From: Lachnospiraceae bacterium
GTDB lineage: Bacteria > Bacillota > Clostridia > Lachnospirales > Lachnospiraceae
Assembly: GCA_900767585.1 (NCBI GenBank)
Contig: CAAFZP010000097.1
Span: 22,694 to 86,693 of the forward strand
Length of the DNA: 64,000 nucleotides
Reading direction: 5' to 3'
The notes beneath the pieces were generated by a model. That model had not been told where the DNA came from. It made no database searches and saw only the letters and a list, made by a program, of their open reading frames with translations. This document shows, piece by piece, positions 31,153 to 42,429 of this stretch (the stretch's first letter is position 1; the number at the start of each line of letters is the position of its first letter). The translations under genes and the position numbers were made by a program.

Positions 31153-32049
31153 TTATGATACAATATTTCCCAATTCTTTGTCATAAAAATAGACTGCATC
31201 TGACAGATAGTCCATATCCGAAACAACAAACTCATTGACTTCCTGCAATGTATTTTCCAGCATCTCCCGTTCTGTCTGTGTCTCTGTAAAGCACAGCAGC
31301 ACTTCATTTACGCTCGACGGAATGATATACATGCTTTTCCCTGTCTGTTCCGCAATCGCCGCAATGACATCCTTGTATATCATCATCGTTGCCCCATAAA
31401 TAAACTGCTGGTTGGACAGAATATAAATCTCTGGTTCTTCCGGATATTGAATATTTTGCGGATACCGCTCCTGCAAAAATTCATCCAGTCTTCTCACAAA
31501 TGGCGGAAACAACCGAATTGTGTTGTCTTTTGCCGCACAATATAATTCTTCTACCGAGAGTTTGCTTCTTTTCAGAGCATCAAAATCAAGCAGCGCCGAC
31601 GCAATCCCTTCTTCGTCCATCTTCACCAGATAACGGAACGTAATTGCCATATCATGAAACGGAATGTATGGACAGTTTTCCAGCATTCCACTGTTTTTTT
31701 CATAATTGATCAACCGAAGAAAAACATTTTTCTCCACCTGTTCCATGTTGATTTCCATCTCGCCCTGTGCCTCGATCCGCACACAGATCCGATTGTATTC
31801 CTGTGCAATCAGGCAAAGAATCTCCTCGAACGTTTTTATGTCTTTCTTCATAGCATTATAATACTGTTCCAGATAGATGGTTGGCGAAACAGACTCCCCC
31901 TGTTTCGTTATCACAAGGCCTGTATGTTCAATTCCGTTGTTGTGCCGCACATGTTCGATTCTGATTGTTTCTATTTCATACTGCAGAAGATATTCTGCGA
32001 TCCTGTCTCGCACAGTCTCGCAAAACATAGTAAAATCCATACGCTCCAT
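31153..32049 (-). CDS. Hypothetical protein (possibly a DUF5688-like Clostridia family)
   Basis: A 298-aa ORF with no recognisable catalytic motif. The family guess rests on weak recollection only. Confidence 0.4.
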   Translation of the reverse strand: MERMDFTMFCETVRDRIAEYLLQYEIETIRIEHVRHNNGIEHTGLVITKQGESVSPTIYLEQYYNAMKKDIKTFEEILCLIAQEYNRICVRIEAQGEMEINMEQVEKNVFLRLINYEKNSGMLENCPYIPFHDMAITFRYLVKMDEEGIASALLDFDALKRSKLSVEELYCAAKDNTIRLFPPFVRRLDEFLQERYPQNIQYPEEPEIYILSNQQFIYGATMMIYKDVIAAIAEQTGKSMYIIPSSVNEVLLCFTETQTEREMLENTLQEVNEFVVSDMDYLSDAVYFYDKELGNIVS

Positions 32050-32160
32050 ACTTAAAACTCCTTTTCATCATTTTAAATAATCGCGTAGGAAAGTTCAGAC
32101 AGATTTTGTCTGAATGATGACTTCTCCATTATATTTGTTTTTTTCTATTTTCACAAGTAC

Positions 32161-33207
32161 TTACATCAAAGTTTTTAGAAATGCAACAAATTGTAGCATT
32201 TCTTCATCGGTTCCGATGCTGATACGCAGATAGTTGTCAATCCGCGGTTTGGCAAAATACCGCACGAATATCTTATTTTCTCTTGCTTTCTCAAATATTT
32301 CTTTGGCCGGAACCGACTTGTGCGTTGCAAACACAAAGTTCGCACTTGACGGAAGCACTGTAAATCCAAGTGCCTCGATTTCCTTTACAAACCAGGTTCT
32401 CGTATCGATAACCTTCTTGACCATCTCCTTGAAATAGTCATCCGCTTTGATCGAGCAGGTTCCAAGCTCAATGCTTGTCAGATCCATCGTATAAGAATTA
32501 TAGGAATATTTGACATCGTTTAAGTAACCGATCAGCTTCTCGTTTCCGATTGCATATCCGATACGGAGTCCTGCCATCGAACGGGATTTCGAGAATGTCC
32601 GTACAACGAGCAGGTTGTCAAACTCGTCAAGAAGCGGCAACGCTGTCTGTCCGCCGAAGTCGACATACGCCTCATCCACGATCACAATTACATCCTGGTT
32701 ATGGCTGACGATGTCCCGTACAAAGTCGACTGGTTCCGCGATTCCGGTCGGTGCATTCGGATTCGGGAATACAACGCCACCATTTTCGCCGTAATAGTCA
32801 GATGCCTGAATGCGGAAATTCTCATCGAGCGGTTTTCTCTCATACGGAATCCGGAGCATATCTGCCCAGACATCATAGAACGAATATGTAATATCCGGGA
32901 AGAAGATTGGCTTTCCCGAATTGAAAAACGTCATAAATGACATCGCAAGCACATCGTCACTTCCGACACCGACAAACACCTGCTTTTTATCCACACCGTG
33001 ATACTGTGCAATCGCCTCAACTAATTTCGTTGCTGCCGGATCCGGATACAGACGCAGATTCGCTAATTCCACCTGCTTATCCAGCACTTCCGGTGCCGGC
33101 GGGTATGGATTTTCATTTGTATTCAGCTTGATAATGTCCTGTTCCTTCGGCTGTTCGCCCGGTACATACGGCACAACCTTTCGTATATTTGCTTCCCAGT
33201 TTCCCAT
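32161..33207 (-). CDS. hisC: Histidinol-phosphate aminotransferase
   Basis: LNTNENPYPP, a class II aminotransferase with HisC-like sequence throughout. Confidence 0.85.
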   Translation of the reverse strand: MGNWEANIRKVVPYVPGEQPKEQDIIKLNTNENPYPPAPEVLDKQVELANLRLYPDPAATKLVEAIAQYHGVDKKQVFVGVGSDDVLAMSFMTFFNSGKPIFFPDITYSFYDVWADMLRIPYERKPLDENFRIQASDYYGENGGVVFPNPNAPTGIAEPVDFVRDIVSHNQDVIVIVDEAYVDFGGQTALPLLDEFDNLLVVRTFSKSRSMAGLRIGYAIGNEKLIGYLNDVKYSYNSYTMDLTSIELGTCSIKADDYFKEMVKKVIDTRTWFVKEIEALGFTVLPSSANFVFATHKSVPAKEIFEKARENKIFVRYFAKPRIDNYLRISIGTDEEMLQFVAFLKTLM

Positions 33208-33225
33208 AAGTCTCGTTCCTCCAAA

Positions 33226-34683
33226 CTATTTCAGTCTCTTCAAGATTTCAAGTGTATATTCCCACGTTCTCTGCACGCTGTCAACATGTAATTGCTCGTT
33301 CGGCGTGTGAATATCATACATCTGCGGTCCATACGATACGCAGTCCAAGTCTTTCATCTTATCCATGAAAAGTCCACATTCCACACCCGCATGGATCACA
33401 TCGAGCTTCGGCTTCTCGCCATATAACTCCTCATAGACAGTCACCATCAGATCGCGCAGTTTCGAATCCTGCTTATACTCCCATGCCGGATATGCGCCGC
33501 TCTCGGTGTACTGTCCACCCAGATGTTCACATAGCGTCCGGATCTGTAAAGCAAGCAGATTCTTCTCGCTTCCGACACTGCTCCGCACCGAAAAGCCCAT
33601 CTGTACTTCGTCTTCCTTCATCGTGAGAATCCCAAGATTGAGCGAGGTCTGCACCAGCCCCGGCATCGCATCACTCATCTTCTGCACGCCATTTGGAAGC
33701 AGAAAAAGTGCGTCGATGATTGCATCCCCGCTCGCACGGTTCATCGCCTGTGCTACCGCTTCTGTGCATTCTGTCATCTTCAATGTCACGTCCAGATCAC
33801 TCACCTCATATTCATGGCGGATCGTCTCCTGCAGCGTCTGCACTGCCTGCTTCACGGCATCCTTTGCTTCTGCCTCCACAGCAACCACCGCCTGTGCCGC
33901 ACGCGGAATCGCGTTGTCCTTCTTTCCACCGTCAATCGACAAGATCCGGATATCTGCCACTGTCCGTATTGCCTTAAGCGCTCTGCCAAGCGTCTTGTTT
34001 GCATTTGCACGCTGCTTGATGATCTCCATGCCGGAATGTCCACCGAGCAGGCCATCCACAGTAAGCTGCATGCCAACCGGATGTTTCAGGTCGCAGGTCT
34101 CCCGGCAAACCGGCATATGGCAGACCGCCGTCATTCCTCCGGCACAGCCGACCAGCAGTTGTCCCTCATCCTCCGAATCAAGATTCAGCATATAAGATGC
34201 CTGCAGATCCTCGGTTGTAATCCCTGCTGCGCCAAGCATACCGATTTCTTCATCCACAGTGATCACAACTTCCAGCGCCGGATGTGGTATATCTGCAGCA
34301 TCCAGAATAGCAAGTGCAAATGCAACCGCGATTCCGTCGTCGCCGCCAAGGGTTGTCCGGTCGGCACGAATCACATTCCCATCAAGCACCAGATCCAATC
34401 CCTGCGTATGGAAATCAATCTCCTTATCGTCCGTCTTCTCGCAGACCATATCCATATGTCCCTGCAGCATCACAACCGGTGCGCTTTCATAACCACATGA
34501 CGCCGGCTTCTTGATGATGACATTTCCAAGTGTATCCTGTCTCACATAGAGTTTCCGTTCCTTTGCAAATGCAACCAGATAATCACTGATTGCCTGTGTG
34601 TCGGAAGATCCATGCGGAATCCCACAGATCTCCTCAAAATAATGAAAGACTGCTTTCGGTTCTAACTGTGCAAGCACTGCCAT
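33226..34683 (-). CDS. pepD: Aminoacyl-histidine (Xaa-His) dipeptidase, M20 family
   Basis: LQGHMDMVCEK and GGDDGIAVA are PepD-like motifs. The start is at MAVLAQ with AGGAGG. Confidence 0.8.
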   Translation of the reverse strand: MAVLAQLEPKAVFHYFEEICGIPHGSSDTQAISDYLVAFAKERKLYVRQDTLGNVIIKKPASCGYESAPVVMLQGHMDMVCEKTDDKEIDFHTQGLDLVLDGNVIRADRTTLGGDDGIAVAFALAILDAADIPHPALEVVITVDEEIGMLGAAGITTEDLQASYMLNLDSEDEGQLLVGCAGGMTAVCHMPVCRETCDLKHPVGMQLTVDGLLGGHSGMEIIKQRANANKTLGRALKAIRTVADIRILSIDGGKKDNAIPRAAQAVVAVEAEAKDAVKQAVQTLQETIRHEYEVSDLDVTLKMTECTEAVAQAMNRASGDAIIDALFLLPNGVQKMSDAMPGLVQTSLNLGILTMKEDEVQMGFSVRSSVGSEKNLLALQIRTLCEHLGGQYTESGAYPAWEYKQDSKLRDLMVTVYEELYGEKPKLDVIHAGVECGLFMDKMKDLDCVSYGPQMYDIHTPNEQLHVDSVQRTWEYTLEILKRLK

Positions 34684-34720
34684 ATTGGCTGCCTCCTTTA
34701 TTTTTGCAATTACATGCAAA

Positions 34721-37090
34721 TTATTTTTTCTTTATGGTTCTTACTTTCTCTTCAAATGCACTGACAAAATGTGCCACCTTCTCCTCTGTCCGAAGGTGTG
34801 CGTCGAGATAAACTAATATCTCGCGCAGGGACTTCTGAGGGGAATACTGATAATTGTTCCGGATCAATCCGATATCCCAGCCTTCGGCTGCCCACGCGCT
34901 GTCCGCCGCTTCAAGCAGTGCAGCATCCTCGCAGATAACCTTGAGCTGTGTATCCACGCTGTAGCTATATGGGGACTTCACATCAAGATAGACGCGTGTC
35001 TGTCCGAATACATCCTCTACCGCCGAAGAGGTTGCAGCCAGAATGTCATAATAGCCTTCCTCCACTGCAAACTGTCCGAGATCCATATCATACGATGCGA
35101 GATCCCGGATTGCAATCACGAAAGTTACATCCTTCTTCTCGCCCGGTGCAAGCATTACCTTCTCAAAGGCCTTCAGCTCCTTCTCCGGCTTTGAAAGTGT
35201 ACTGTACGGATCATGGATATAGATCTGTACAACCTCGCTGCCTGCAGCCTTCCCGGTATTCTCCACGCTTGTATGAACCTTGATCGCATCCCCGTCAACC
35301 ACTGCATCGATCAGCCTGCAGTCAAATGTCGTATATGACAAGCCATAGCCAAACGGATACCGTGGGCGAAGCTTCTTCTTATCATAATACCGGTAACCGA
35401 CGTAGATACCTTCGCCATAGGATACATGATACCCATCTCCCGGGAAATTCATGTATGTTGGCATATCTTCGATTCTCTCCGGAAATGTGATCGTCAGTTT
35501 GCCGGATGGATTCACCCGTCCCGCAATCATATCGGAAAGTGCCTTTGCGCCTGCCATACCCGGAAGGAACGTTGCAAAGACAGCCTTTACATTGTCTGTA
35601 TCAATCTCTCGCATATCGATCGGACCGCATGTATTTAATACTAAGATTACATTCTTACCCGCCTGTTCCAACCGTTTTAACACTGCCAGATCCTCATCTG
35701 CAAGTGCAAGCGTCTTGCGGTCATTTCCTTCCATGCCCGGTACGATACCGATTACAACCGCATACTCTGCCTGTGACTCATCAACCACATCAAAATACCT
35801 TGCAAATTCCGCTGCTACATCACCGTGACGGCTTGTATCGATGCCTGCAGAACCGGAACCGCACTCCAGCATCTGTGCATGTCCGCTGCCAAGCAGTGCG
35901 ATCTTTGTATGCTCTGCAAGAGGACAGGCTTCATTCTTGAGTAGCACGATTCCCTCGCATGTAGCCTCATATGCTGCCTCGTCTGTCTGCTTTATAATCT
36001 GCTCAACCGGAAGCTTGTCCACTTCTTCCTTCTTATAATTCTCGGTAATCCATTTGATCGCACGAAGTACACGTGCACATGCCTGATTGAGCTTTTCTTC
36101 TTCAAGTGTACCATCTTTCACAGCATCACAGATTGCCTGTGTTTCGACCGGTCCCGGCATCGCAAGATCCGTTCCACCGGCCAGTGCCTTCACAGGATCC
36201 AAAACGGCACCCCAGTCTGACATCACCATACCGTCAAATCCGAAATCCTGGCGCAGCTTCCCGTCCAACAGCCATTCATTTTCTGTACACCGCACACCGT
36301 TGATGCGGTTATACGCATTCATAACAGACTTTGTACCACCCTCTTTTACGCACGCACGAAATCCCGGGAAATAGATTTCTTCCAGTGCGCGCTTCGAGAT
36401 CGTCTCATCAACACCTACCCGGTTTGTCTCCTGACTGTTCGCCGCATAATGCTTCACCGTCGCAGAGACACCATAGCTTTGGATTCCCTTCACAATCTCC
36501 GGTGCAAGTTTCGATACGACACACGGATCTTCAGAGTATCCCTCGAAGAGACGTCCGTTTCTTGGATCCCGCAGGATGTTGACATTTGGTCCAAGCAGAA
36601 AATGCACGCCATAGACACAGCACTCTAAGCCAAGCGCCTCTCCAACCTTGCGGATTACATCCGGATTCCATGTACAGCCAAGCAGGATGCCCGGTGGATA
36701 ACAGCCCGGCGCATAATCCTTTCCCTGCAGGCGCACGTCCATATGCTTCTTGATCCAGCCATACAAGACCTTCTCATCTTCCGTAAGCTTCTCCGGCTCA
36801 AAATAATGTTCAATCACATGCACAAGTCTTGTACTTCCGATCATATTGACCGGCTTGCTTGTATCCGCGTCGATCAGCTTACGCTCCTCGGCATTCGACC
36901 AGTCCTCATACTCAGTCATATCACCAAATACCTGCTCCAGATTCATACCGGTAGCGCCATCCAGCATCTGCATCCGTGGTACGCCGAGACGGTCAATCCC
37001 ATAACTTCCGAAGAAGGTTGCACCATTGACCAGATGTGCCTTCTCCTCCAATGTCATTTTCTCAATCAATTCATCAATATTCTTTGTCAT
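34721..37090 (-). CDS. Glycoside hydrolase family 3 beta-glucosidase (BglX-like)
   Basis: GH3 N-terminal domain, the MSDW nucleophile motif (GMVMSDWGAV) and a C-terminal FnIII-like domain. Confidence 0.85.
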   Translation of the reverse strand: MTKNIDELIEKMTLEEKAHLVNGATFFGSYGIDRLGVPRMQMLDGATGMNLEQVFGDMTEYEDWSNAEERKLIDADTSKPVNMIGSTRLVHVIEHYFEPEKLTEDEKVLYGWIKKHMDVRLQGKDYAPGCYPPGILLGCTWNPDVIRKVGEALGLECCVYGVHFLLGPNVNILRDPRNGRLFEGYSEDPCVVSKLAPEIVKGIQSYGVSATVKHYAANSQETNRVGVDETISKRALEEIYFPGFRACVKEGGTKSVMNAYNRINGVRCTENEWLLDGKLRQDFGFDGMVMSDWGAVLDPVKALAGGTDLAMPGPVETQAICDAVKDGTLEEEKLNQACARVLRAIKWITENYKKEEVDKLPVEQIIKQTDEAAYEATCEGIVLLKNEACPLAEHTKIALLGSGHAQMLECGSGSAGIDTSRHGDVAAEFARYFDVVDESQAEYAVVIGIVPGMEGNDRKTLALADEDLAVLKRLEQAGKNVILVLNTCGPIDMREIDTDNVKAVFATFLPGMAGAKALSDMIAGRVNPSGKLTITFPERIEDMPTYMNFPGDGYHVSYGEGIYVGYRYYDKKKLRPRYPFGYGLSYTTFDCRLIDAVVDGDAIKVHTSVENTGKAAGSEVVQIYIHDPYSTLSKPEKELKAFEKVMLAPGEKKDVTFVIAIRDLASYDMDLGQFAVEEGYYDILAATSSAVEDVFGQTRVYLDVKSPYSYSVDTQLKVICEDAALLEAADSAWAAEGWDIGLIRNNYQYSPQKSLREILVYLDAHLRTEEKVAHFVSAFEEKVRTIKKK

Positions 37091-37126
37091 CTGTATGTAC
37101 TCCTTATAAAATAAGCAGATTTTTTA

Positions 37127-37960
37127 TTATGCAGCAAGCGCAAAATATGCAATCACGGCGATGCCGAGAATAATACGATACACACCGAACACCTGAAAAT
37201 CATGCTTCTTGATATAGCTCATCAGGAACTTGATCACTACAAGCGAAACAGCAAACGCAACGGCACAGCCGACAATCAGGATCACAAGCTCCGAGCTTGT
37301 GATTGCCACGCTCATCTTAATTACTTTCAAAAGGGAATATCCGAACATAACCGGAACCGCTAAGAAAAATGTAAATTCAGCAGCTGCTACACGGGATACC
37401 CCGATCAGGAGTGCTCCTATAATCGTTGAACCGGAACGGGATGTGCCGGGCACGATGGATAACACCTGAAAAAGACCGATCAAAAACGCAGTCTTGTATG
37501 TGATATCCTCCAGCTTCTCCACCTTCGGTGTCCGTGTTTTGTTCCAGCGTTCCACGATGATAAAGACGATACCATAAAAGATCAATGCGCCCGCAATCAC
37601 ATACGGTGTCTCGAAATGCGCTGTGATATAATCATCAAACAGCAGTGTCACGATAGCGCCCGGTATGCAGGCAACAATCACCTTAAACCACAGAGAAAAT
37701 GTCTCCTTCACACAGACCGGTTTTGTCTTGTCTTTCATCTGGAATGGCCACATTTTTTTCCAGAACAACAGGATAACTGCCAAAATTGCGCCAAGCTGGA
37801 TGACAACAAAAAACATCTCCTTAAACTCTTTGGATGCCTGAATCTGGATGAACTCATCCACCAAAAGCATATGTCCTGTACTGCTGATCGGAAGCCATTC
37901 TGTAACTCCTTCTACAATTCCTAAAAAAACAACCTTTAAAATTTCAACTATACTTAACAT
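37127..37960 (-). CDS. uppP: Undecaprenyl-diphosphatase
   Basis: PISSTGH and GTSRSGSTI motifs. The ATG at 37960 has GGAGGG. The track ORF begins at an upstream GTG. Confidence 0.9.
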   Translation of the reverse strand: MLSIVEILKVVFLGIVEGVTEWLPISSTGHMLLVDEFIQIQASKEFKEMFFVVIQLGAILAVILLFWKKMWPFQMKDKTKPVCVKETFSLWFKVIVACIPGAIVTLLFDDYITAHFETPYVIAGALIFYGIVFIIVERWNKTRTPKVEKLEDITYKTAFLIGLFQVLSIVPGTSRSGSTIIGALLIGVSRVAAAEFTFFLAVPVMFGYSLLKVIKMSVAITSSELVILIVGCAVAFAVSLVVIKFLMSYIKKHDFQVFGVYRIILGIAVIAYFALAA

Positions 37961-38020
37961 GGTTCCCTCCGGCAGAAGCGTTTGTATCCGAAACACCTCT
38001 GCATTTTTGATTTTAATATT

Positions 38021-39505
38021 TTATGAATTTTTCTTTTTCTTAATCTGCTCTTCCATCGCCTGAATTACAATCTCCAACGCTTTTATACGCGCATATTTTT
38101 TATCGTTGGATTCCAGAATATGCCAGGGCGCATACGTCGTATTTGTCTTTTGCAGCATCTCATTTACTGCATCCTCATAGAGATCCCATTTTTCCCGGTT
38201 CCGCCAGTCCTCCTCTGTGATCTTCCAGCGTTTTTCCGGCGTATTCTGACGAAGCGTGAACCGCTCTAACTGGGTATCCTTGTCAATCTGTACCCAAAAC
38301 TTCACGATGACGGCGCCCCAGTCATCAAGTTCTTTCTCGAACTCATTGATCTCGTTGTACGCCCGCTGCCAGTCGTTTTCCGAGCAGAAGCCCTCCAGGC
38401 GTTCCACCATCACACGTCCATACCAGGTACGGTCGAAAATTGCGACATGTCCGCTCTTCGGCAGTCTGGTCCAGAAGCGCCACAGGAAATGCCGGTTTTT
38501 CTCGTGTGGCTCCGGGCTTGCAATCGGGTGAACCTCATAACCGCGCGCATCGAGAGCCGCAGCAATCCGCTTGATATTACCGCCCTTTCCGGCGGCATCC
38601 CAGCCCTCATAAGCGATGATAACCGGAATCTTCTCACGATATAACACATTGTGCAGTTCTGACAACCGTTTCTGCAGCTTTTCGAGCTTTTCCTGATATT
38701 CTTCCTCTGAAAGTGACTTATTCAAATTCACCTCTGCAAGCTTCGGAATCGGCTCTATCGGAAATACATTCTGCAAGATTGGAACCGCATGTCCGGCATT
38801 TGCAAGTGCAGTCTCAATATTCTGGTTGATGCGCTCTAATATCTGCAGCTCTGCCCATTTTTTGCTCTTGGCATCAACTGCATACCACGGTGCATACGAC
38901 TGGTTTGTCTGCTCCATATACGCCTGATAGACTTCTGAACATTTTTTATACTTTTTGTTCTGCCACAAATCTTCTTCGGAGACACGCCACGCCGTGTTCT
39001 CATCGGCAAGCAGTTCTTCCATCCGCTTCTTCTGCTCTTTCTCATCGATATAGAAGAAGAATTTCAGGATCGTATAACCATTGTCCGAAAGTGTCCGTTC
39101 AAACCGCTTGATACTGCGGATCTTCTTCTCAAAAGCGGCATCATCCAGCTGTTCATGCACACGGTCTCTCACGATTTCTTCCATCCAGCCGCCGTCCATG
39201 AACGTGAACTGTCCATTCTCCGGAATCCGCTTGAAATACCGGTATAAAAATGGTTTCCGAAGCTCCGTCGGCTCCGGCTGATCCATCGTCTCGACACGGA
39301 AAAACCGTGGATCCATATTCTTTATGATCCGGCTTAACATACTGCCCTTTCCGGCAGCGTCAAAGCCTTCAAACAAAACCAGTACCGGAAGCTTTGCTTC
39401 TTTGACCTTGATCTGCAGCGCCGCAAGCTTCTCTCTCGCCACGGCCAATCTTTTGCCAAGCTCCGCATCCTGTGGTTTCGCGATTGATGCAATCATTTTC
39501 TCCAT
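38021..39505 (-). CDS. Two-domain polyphosphate kinase 2 family protein (polyphosphate:nucleotide phosphotransferase)
   Basis: Duplicated PPK2 Walker-like motifs FEGFDAAGKGS and YEGWDAAGKGG. The start is at MEKMIAS (AAAGGGGA RBS). Confidence 0.85.
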   Translation of the reverse strand: MEKMIASIAKPQDAELGKRLAVAREKLAALQIKVKEAKLPVLVLFEGFDAAGKGSMLSRIIKNMDPRFFRVETMDQPEPTELRKPFLYRYFKRIPENGQFTFMDGGWMEEIVRDRVHEQLDDAAFEKKIRSIKRFERTLSDNGYTILKFFFYIDEKEQKKRMEELLADENTAWRVSEEDLWQNKKYKKCSEVYQAYMEQTNQSYAPWYAVDAKSKKWAELQILERINQNIETALANAGHAVPILQNVFPIEPIPKLAEVNLNKSLSEEEYQEKLEKLQKRLSELHNVLYREKIPVIIAYEGWDAAGKGGNIKRIAAALDARGYEVHPIASPEPHEKNRHFLWRFWTRLPKSGHVAIFDRTWYGRVMVERLEGFCSENDWQRAYNEINEFEKELDDWGAVIVKFWVQIDKDTQLERFTLRQNTPEKRWKITEEDWRNREKWDLYEDAVNEMLQKTNTTYAPWHILESNDKKYARIKALEIVIQAMEEQIKKKKNS

Positions 39506-39573
39506 ATCCCGTATCCCCTTTCGTATATCATGATTCATTTTTGAGCCGCACACCTTTCCTCATCCACATAGCA

Positions 39574-40854
39574 TCACGGCAAATCAACAAAATGGAACTT
39601 CTTTCTTCCCTGTGCATAATCATCGACGATATGACCATCGCCAAACAGTTTATATTTGTAGCTGAGCAGCCCCTCTAATCCGACCGGACCTCTCGCATGT
39701 AATTTACTTGTACTGATGCCGACCTCTGCGCCAAATCCATAGCGGTAGCCATCCGCAAACCGCGTAGAACAGTTCTGATATACCCCGGCAGAATCAACCA
39801 TGCGCATGAAATGCAGCGCAGTCTCCTTGTTCTCGGTCACGATGCTGTCTGTGTGATGGGAACCATGCCGGTTGATATGGTCGATTGCCTCATCCACCGA
39901 TTCCACAATCTTCGCAGAGAGAATATAATCAAGGTACTCGGTATCATCGTCCTTCTCCGTCGCAGGTACACAATCTACCAGCGCCTGAATCTCCTTCGTT
40001 CCACGAAGCTCAACCTTCTTCTCCTTGAGTGCCTGTGCCAGCTTCGGAACCAGGTCCTTTGCGATATCCTTGTGTACGAGCAATGTCTCTACGGTGTTGC
40101 AGGCACTGACATACTGTGTCTTCGCGTCTAATATGATTGGAATCGCCTTCCCGATATCTGCATCCTTATCCACATAGATATGACATATTCCATCCGCATG
40201 CCCCATAACCGGGATATTCGTATGGCTCATAATATACTGTACAAATGCATTGGAACCGCGCGGAATCAGAAGATCCACCGACTCCTGACAGGTAAGCAGT
40301 TCGTTAATCTCACTTCTTGCTTCAAGCTGTAACATACAATGCTCAGGGAGTCCTGCTTTCCGTACCGCCGCATAGATCGTATCAAATAAGATCTTGTTGC
40401 TCTTAGCTGCTTCGCTTCCGCCCTTTAAGATCACACAGTTTCCACTCTTGATACAGAGCGCCGATATCTGCACGAGTGCGTCCGGTCTTGCCTCGAAGAT
40501 GACACCGATCACACCGATTGGACAGGTCTCGCGATACAGAGTAAGTCCCTCATCCAGCTCTCTCGCAAGCTTTGTCTGGAACAGTGGATCCGGCATCTGC
40601 ACCAGATCATGGATGCCGTTTATGACATCACGCAGCTTACCCTCATCGAATCTGAGGCGTTTTAAAACAGGAGCCGCAATTCCATCTGCCTCTGCCTGTT
40701 CCATATCCTGTCTGTTTGCTTCAAAGATTGCATCTTTATTATCTGTCAATGCTTTCGCAACCGCCAAAAGTGCCTGGTCCCGGAGCTCTCCGGTTGTTCC
40801 TGCCAGCTTTGGGCCTGCCAGCTTTACAAGTTCTGCCTGTTGTTCTATCGTCAT
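39574..40854 (-). CDS. proA: Gamma-glutamyl phosphate reductase
   Basis: MTIEQQAELVK..., ALDH-like, catalytic Cys region. The ATG at 40854 has AGGAGG. Confidence 0.88.
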   Translation of the reverse strand: MTIEQQAELVKLAGPKLAGTTGELRDQALLAVAKALTDNKDAIFEANRQDMEQAEADGIAAPVLKRLRFDEGKLRDVINGIHDLVQMPDPLFQTKLARELDEGLTLYRETCPIGVIGVIFEARPDALVQISALCIKSGNCVILKGGSEAAKSNKILFDTIYAAVRKAGLPEHCMLQLEARSEINELLTCQESVDLLIPRGSNAFVQYIMSHTNIPVMGHADGICHIYVDKDADIGKAIPIILDAKTQYVSACNTVETLLVHKDIAKDLVPKLAQALKEKKVELRGTKEIQALVDCVPATEKDDDTEYLDYILSAKIVESVDEAIDHINRHGSHHTDSIVTENKETALHFMRMVDSAGVYQNCSTRFADGYRYGFGAEVGISTSKLHARGPVGLEGLLSYKYKLFGDGHIVDDYAQGRKKFHFVDLP

Positions 40855-40932
40855 ATGCTCCTCCTTACTGTGTATCTTGCCAATATCCTCTATCACACAT
40901 TGTTTTTCCAACTATCTGTTTGTATTCTATAA

Positions 40933-41553
40933 CTACCGTATGAAATTCGTCTGGTTTGAGCGGTCTGCCACCGGTGGCACAATCCCCTTCTCCTTACCGG
41001 CCTCTAAACATTTTAATACCCACGCCATATTGTGTCCGAGATTACGCATCGTCTGCATGCCCTCGAGATCCTTCGCCGCATCCTCGGCACATCTTCCATG
41101 CACCTGATTCCAATAGGTCGATCCGACGGTGATCATCTGCGTGATACCGAAATATTTATTAAGCACATCAAACGTTGTCGCTGTACCGCCACGTCTGGCT
41201 ACTGCCACCGAAGCGCCCGGCTTATGTGCAAAATGCTTACCGCTGCTGTAAAATACCCGGTCTAAGAACGACTGGATCCGTCCACTTGGATGCGCATAGT
41301 AAACCGGCGTACCGAATATGTATCCATCCGCGGCTTTTGCCTTCTCCACAAAGGCATTTACCGCATCATCCGAGAAGATACACCCATTCTCTGTGCACTG
41401 TCCACAGCCAAGGCAGTCTGCGACCGGGCCGCCGCCGATCTGAAAAATCTCGTATTCGATACCATCTTCCTCGAGTGCCTTTCCAACCTCGGTCAAAGCG
41501 GCCATCGTCGTTCCGTTGATATGGGAACTTCCGTTTAACATCAATACTTTCAT
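40933..41553 (-). CDS. Iron-sulfur flavoprotein (Isf / NADPH-dependent FMN reductase family)
   Basis: Flavodoxin-like fold with a compact CLGCGQCTENGC cysteine cluster. Confidence 0.65.
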   Translation of the reverse strand: MKVLMLNGSSHINGTTMAALTEVGKALEEDGIEYEIFQIGGGPVADCLGCGQCTENGCIFSDDAVNAFVEKAKAADGYIFGTPVYYAHPSGRIQSFLDRVFYSSGKHFAHKPGASVAVARRGGTATTFDVLNKYFGITQMITVGSTYWNQVHGRCAEDAAKDLEGMQTMRNLGHNMAWVLKCLEAGKEKGIVPPVADRSNQTNFIR

Positions 41554-41598
41554 TTTATTTCACTCCTTATTCTAACGAATTCTTTATTAAATTAACAT

Positions 41599-42375
41599 TT
41601 ATCCAAGCGCTACATCGAGCACCATCATCAGCGCAAAGCCAATCGCTGTCCCGATCGTTCCGATATTCGTATGCTCGCCTGCCTGTGCCTCCGGAATCAG
41701 CTCCTCCACAACAACATAGATCATCGCACCGGCCGCAAAAGACAGAAAATACGGAAGGATCCGCGTCATCTGTGCCGCAAGCAGGATCGTCAGAAATCCG
41801 AACACCGGCTCCACTGCACCGGATGCCATGCCACACAAGAATGCTTTCGGCTTTCCCATTCCCTCGCCCTTTAACGGCATAGAGACAATCGCACCTTCCG
41901 GGAAATTCTGAATCGCAATTCCAAGCGACAGGGCAAATGCACCCGTGATCGTAATTCCCGCATTGCCTGCAAGCGCACCGGCAATCGTGACACCAACCGC
42001 CATGCCTTCCGGTATATTGTGCAGCGTGATTGCAAACAGCATCATCAGTGTCTTACTGATCTTCGTATGTACACCCTCCGGCTTATCACTGTTTAAGTGC
42101 AGATGCGGAATCAGGGTATCCAATAACAATAAAAATGCGATGCCAAGCAAAAAACCAACCACCGCCGGCACCCACGCGATGCCGCCCTGTGCTTCCGTCA
42201 TATCAATCGAAGGAATCAGAAGCGACCAGACCGATGCAGCGATCATCACGCCGGACGCAAAGCCGAGCAACGCTTTCTCAAGCTTCGGAGCAATCTTTTC
42301 TTTCATAAAAAATACCATTGCCGCGCCAAGTGTTGTTCCTATAAAAGGTATGCCAAGGGCAATCAATATATTCAT
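41599..42375 (-). CDS. zupT: ZIP-family metal (zinc) transporter
   Basis: 8 TM helices; the histidine-rich HNIPEG motif. Confidence 0.85.
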   Translation of the reverse strand: MNILIALGIPFIGTTLGAAMVFFMKEKIAPKLEKALLGFASGVMIAASVWSLLIPSIDMTEAQGGIAWVPAVVGFLLGIAFLLLLDTLIPHLHLNSDKPEGVHTKISKTLMMLFAITLHNIPEGMAVGVTIAGALAGNAGITITGAFALSLGIAIQNFPEGAIVSMPLKGEGMGKPKAFLCGMASGAVEPVFGFLTILLAAQMTRILPYFLSFAAGAMIYVVVEELIPEAQAGEHTNIGTIGTAIGFALMMVLDVALG

Positions 42376-42429
42376 ATATGCCTCCTTATTTCATAGATAT
42401 CCATATTATATACAAAATAGCCGGAATCG

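Noticed and set aside
33506-34500. Several 200-230-aa plus-strand ORFs inside pepD
   Set aside because: They are antisense to a well-supported, relatively GC-rich gene. Long spurious frames are expected there.
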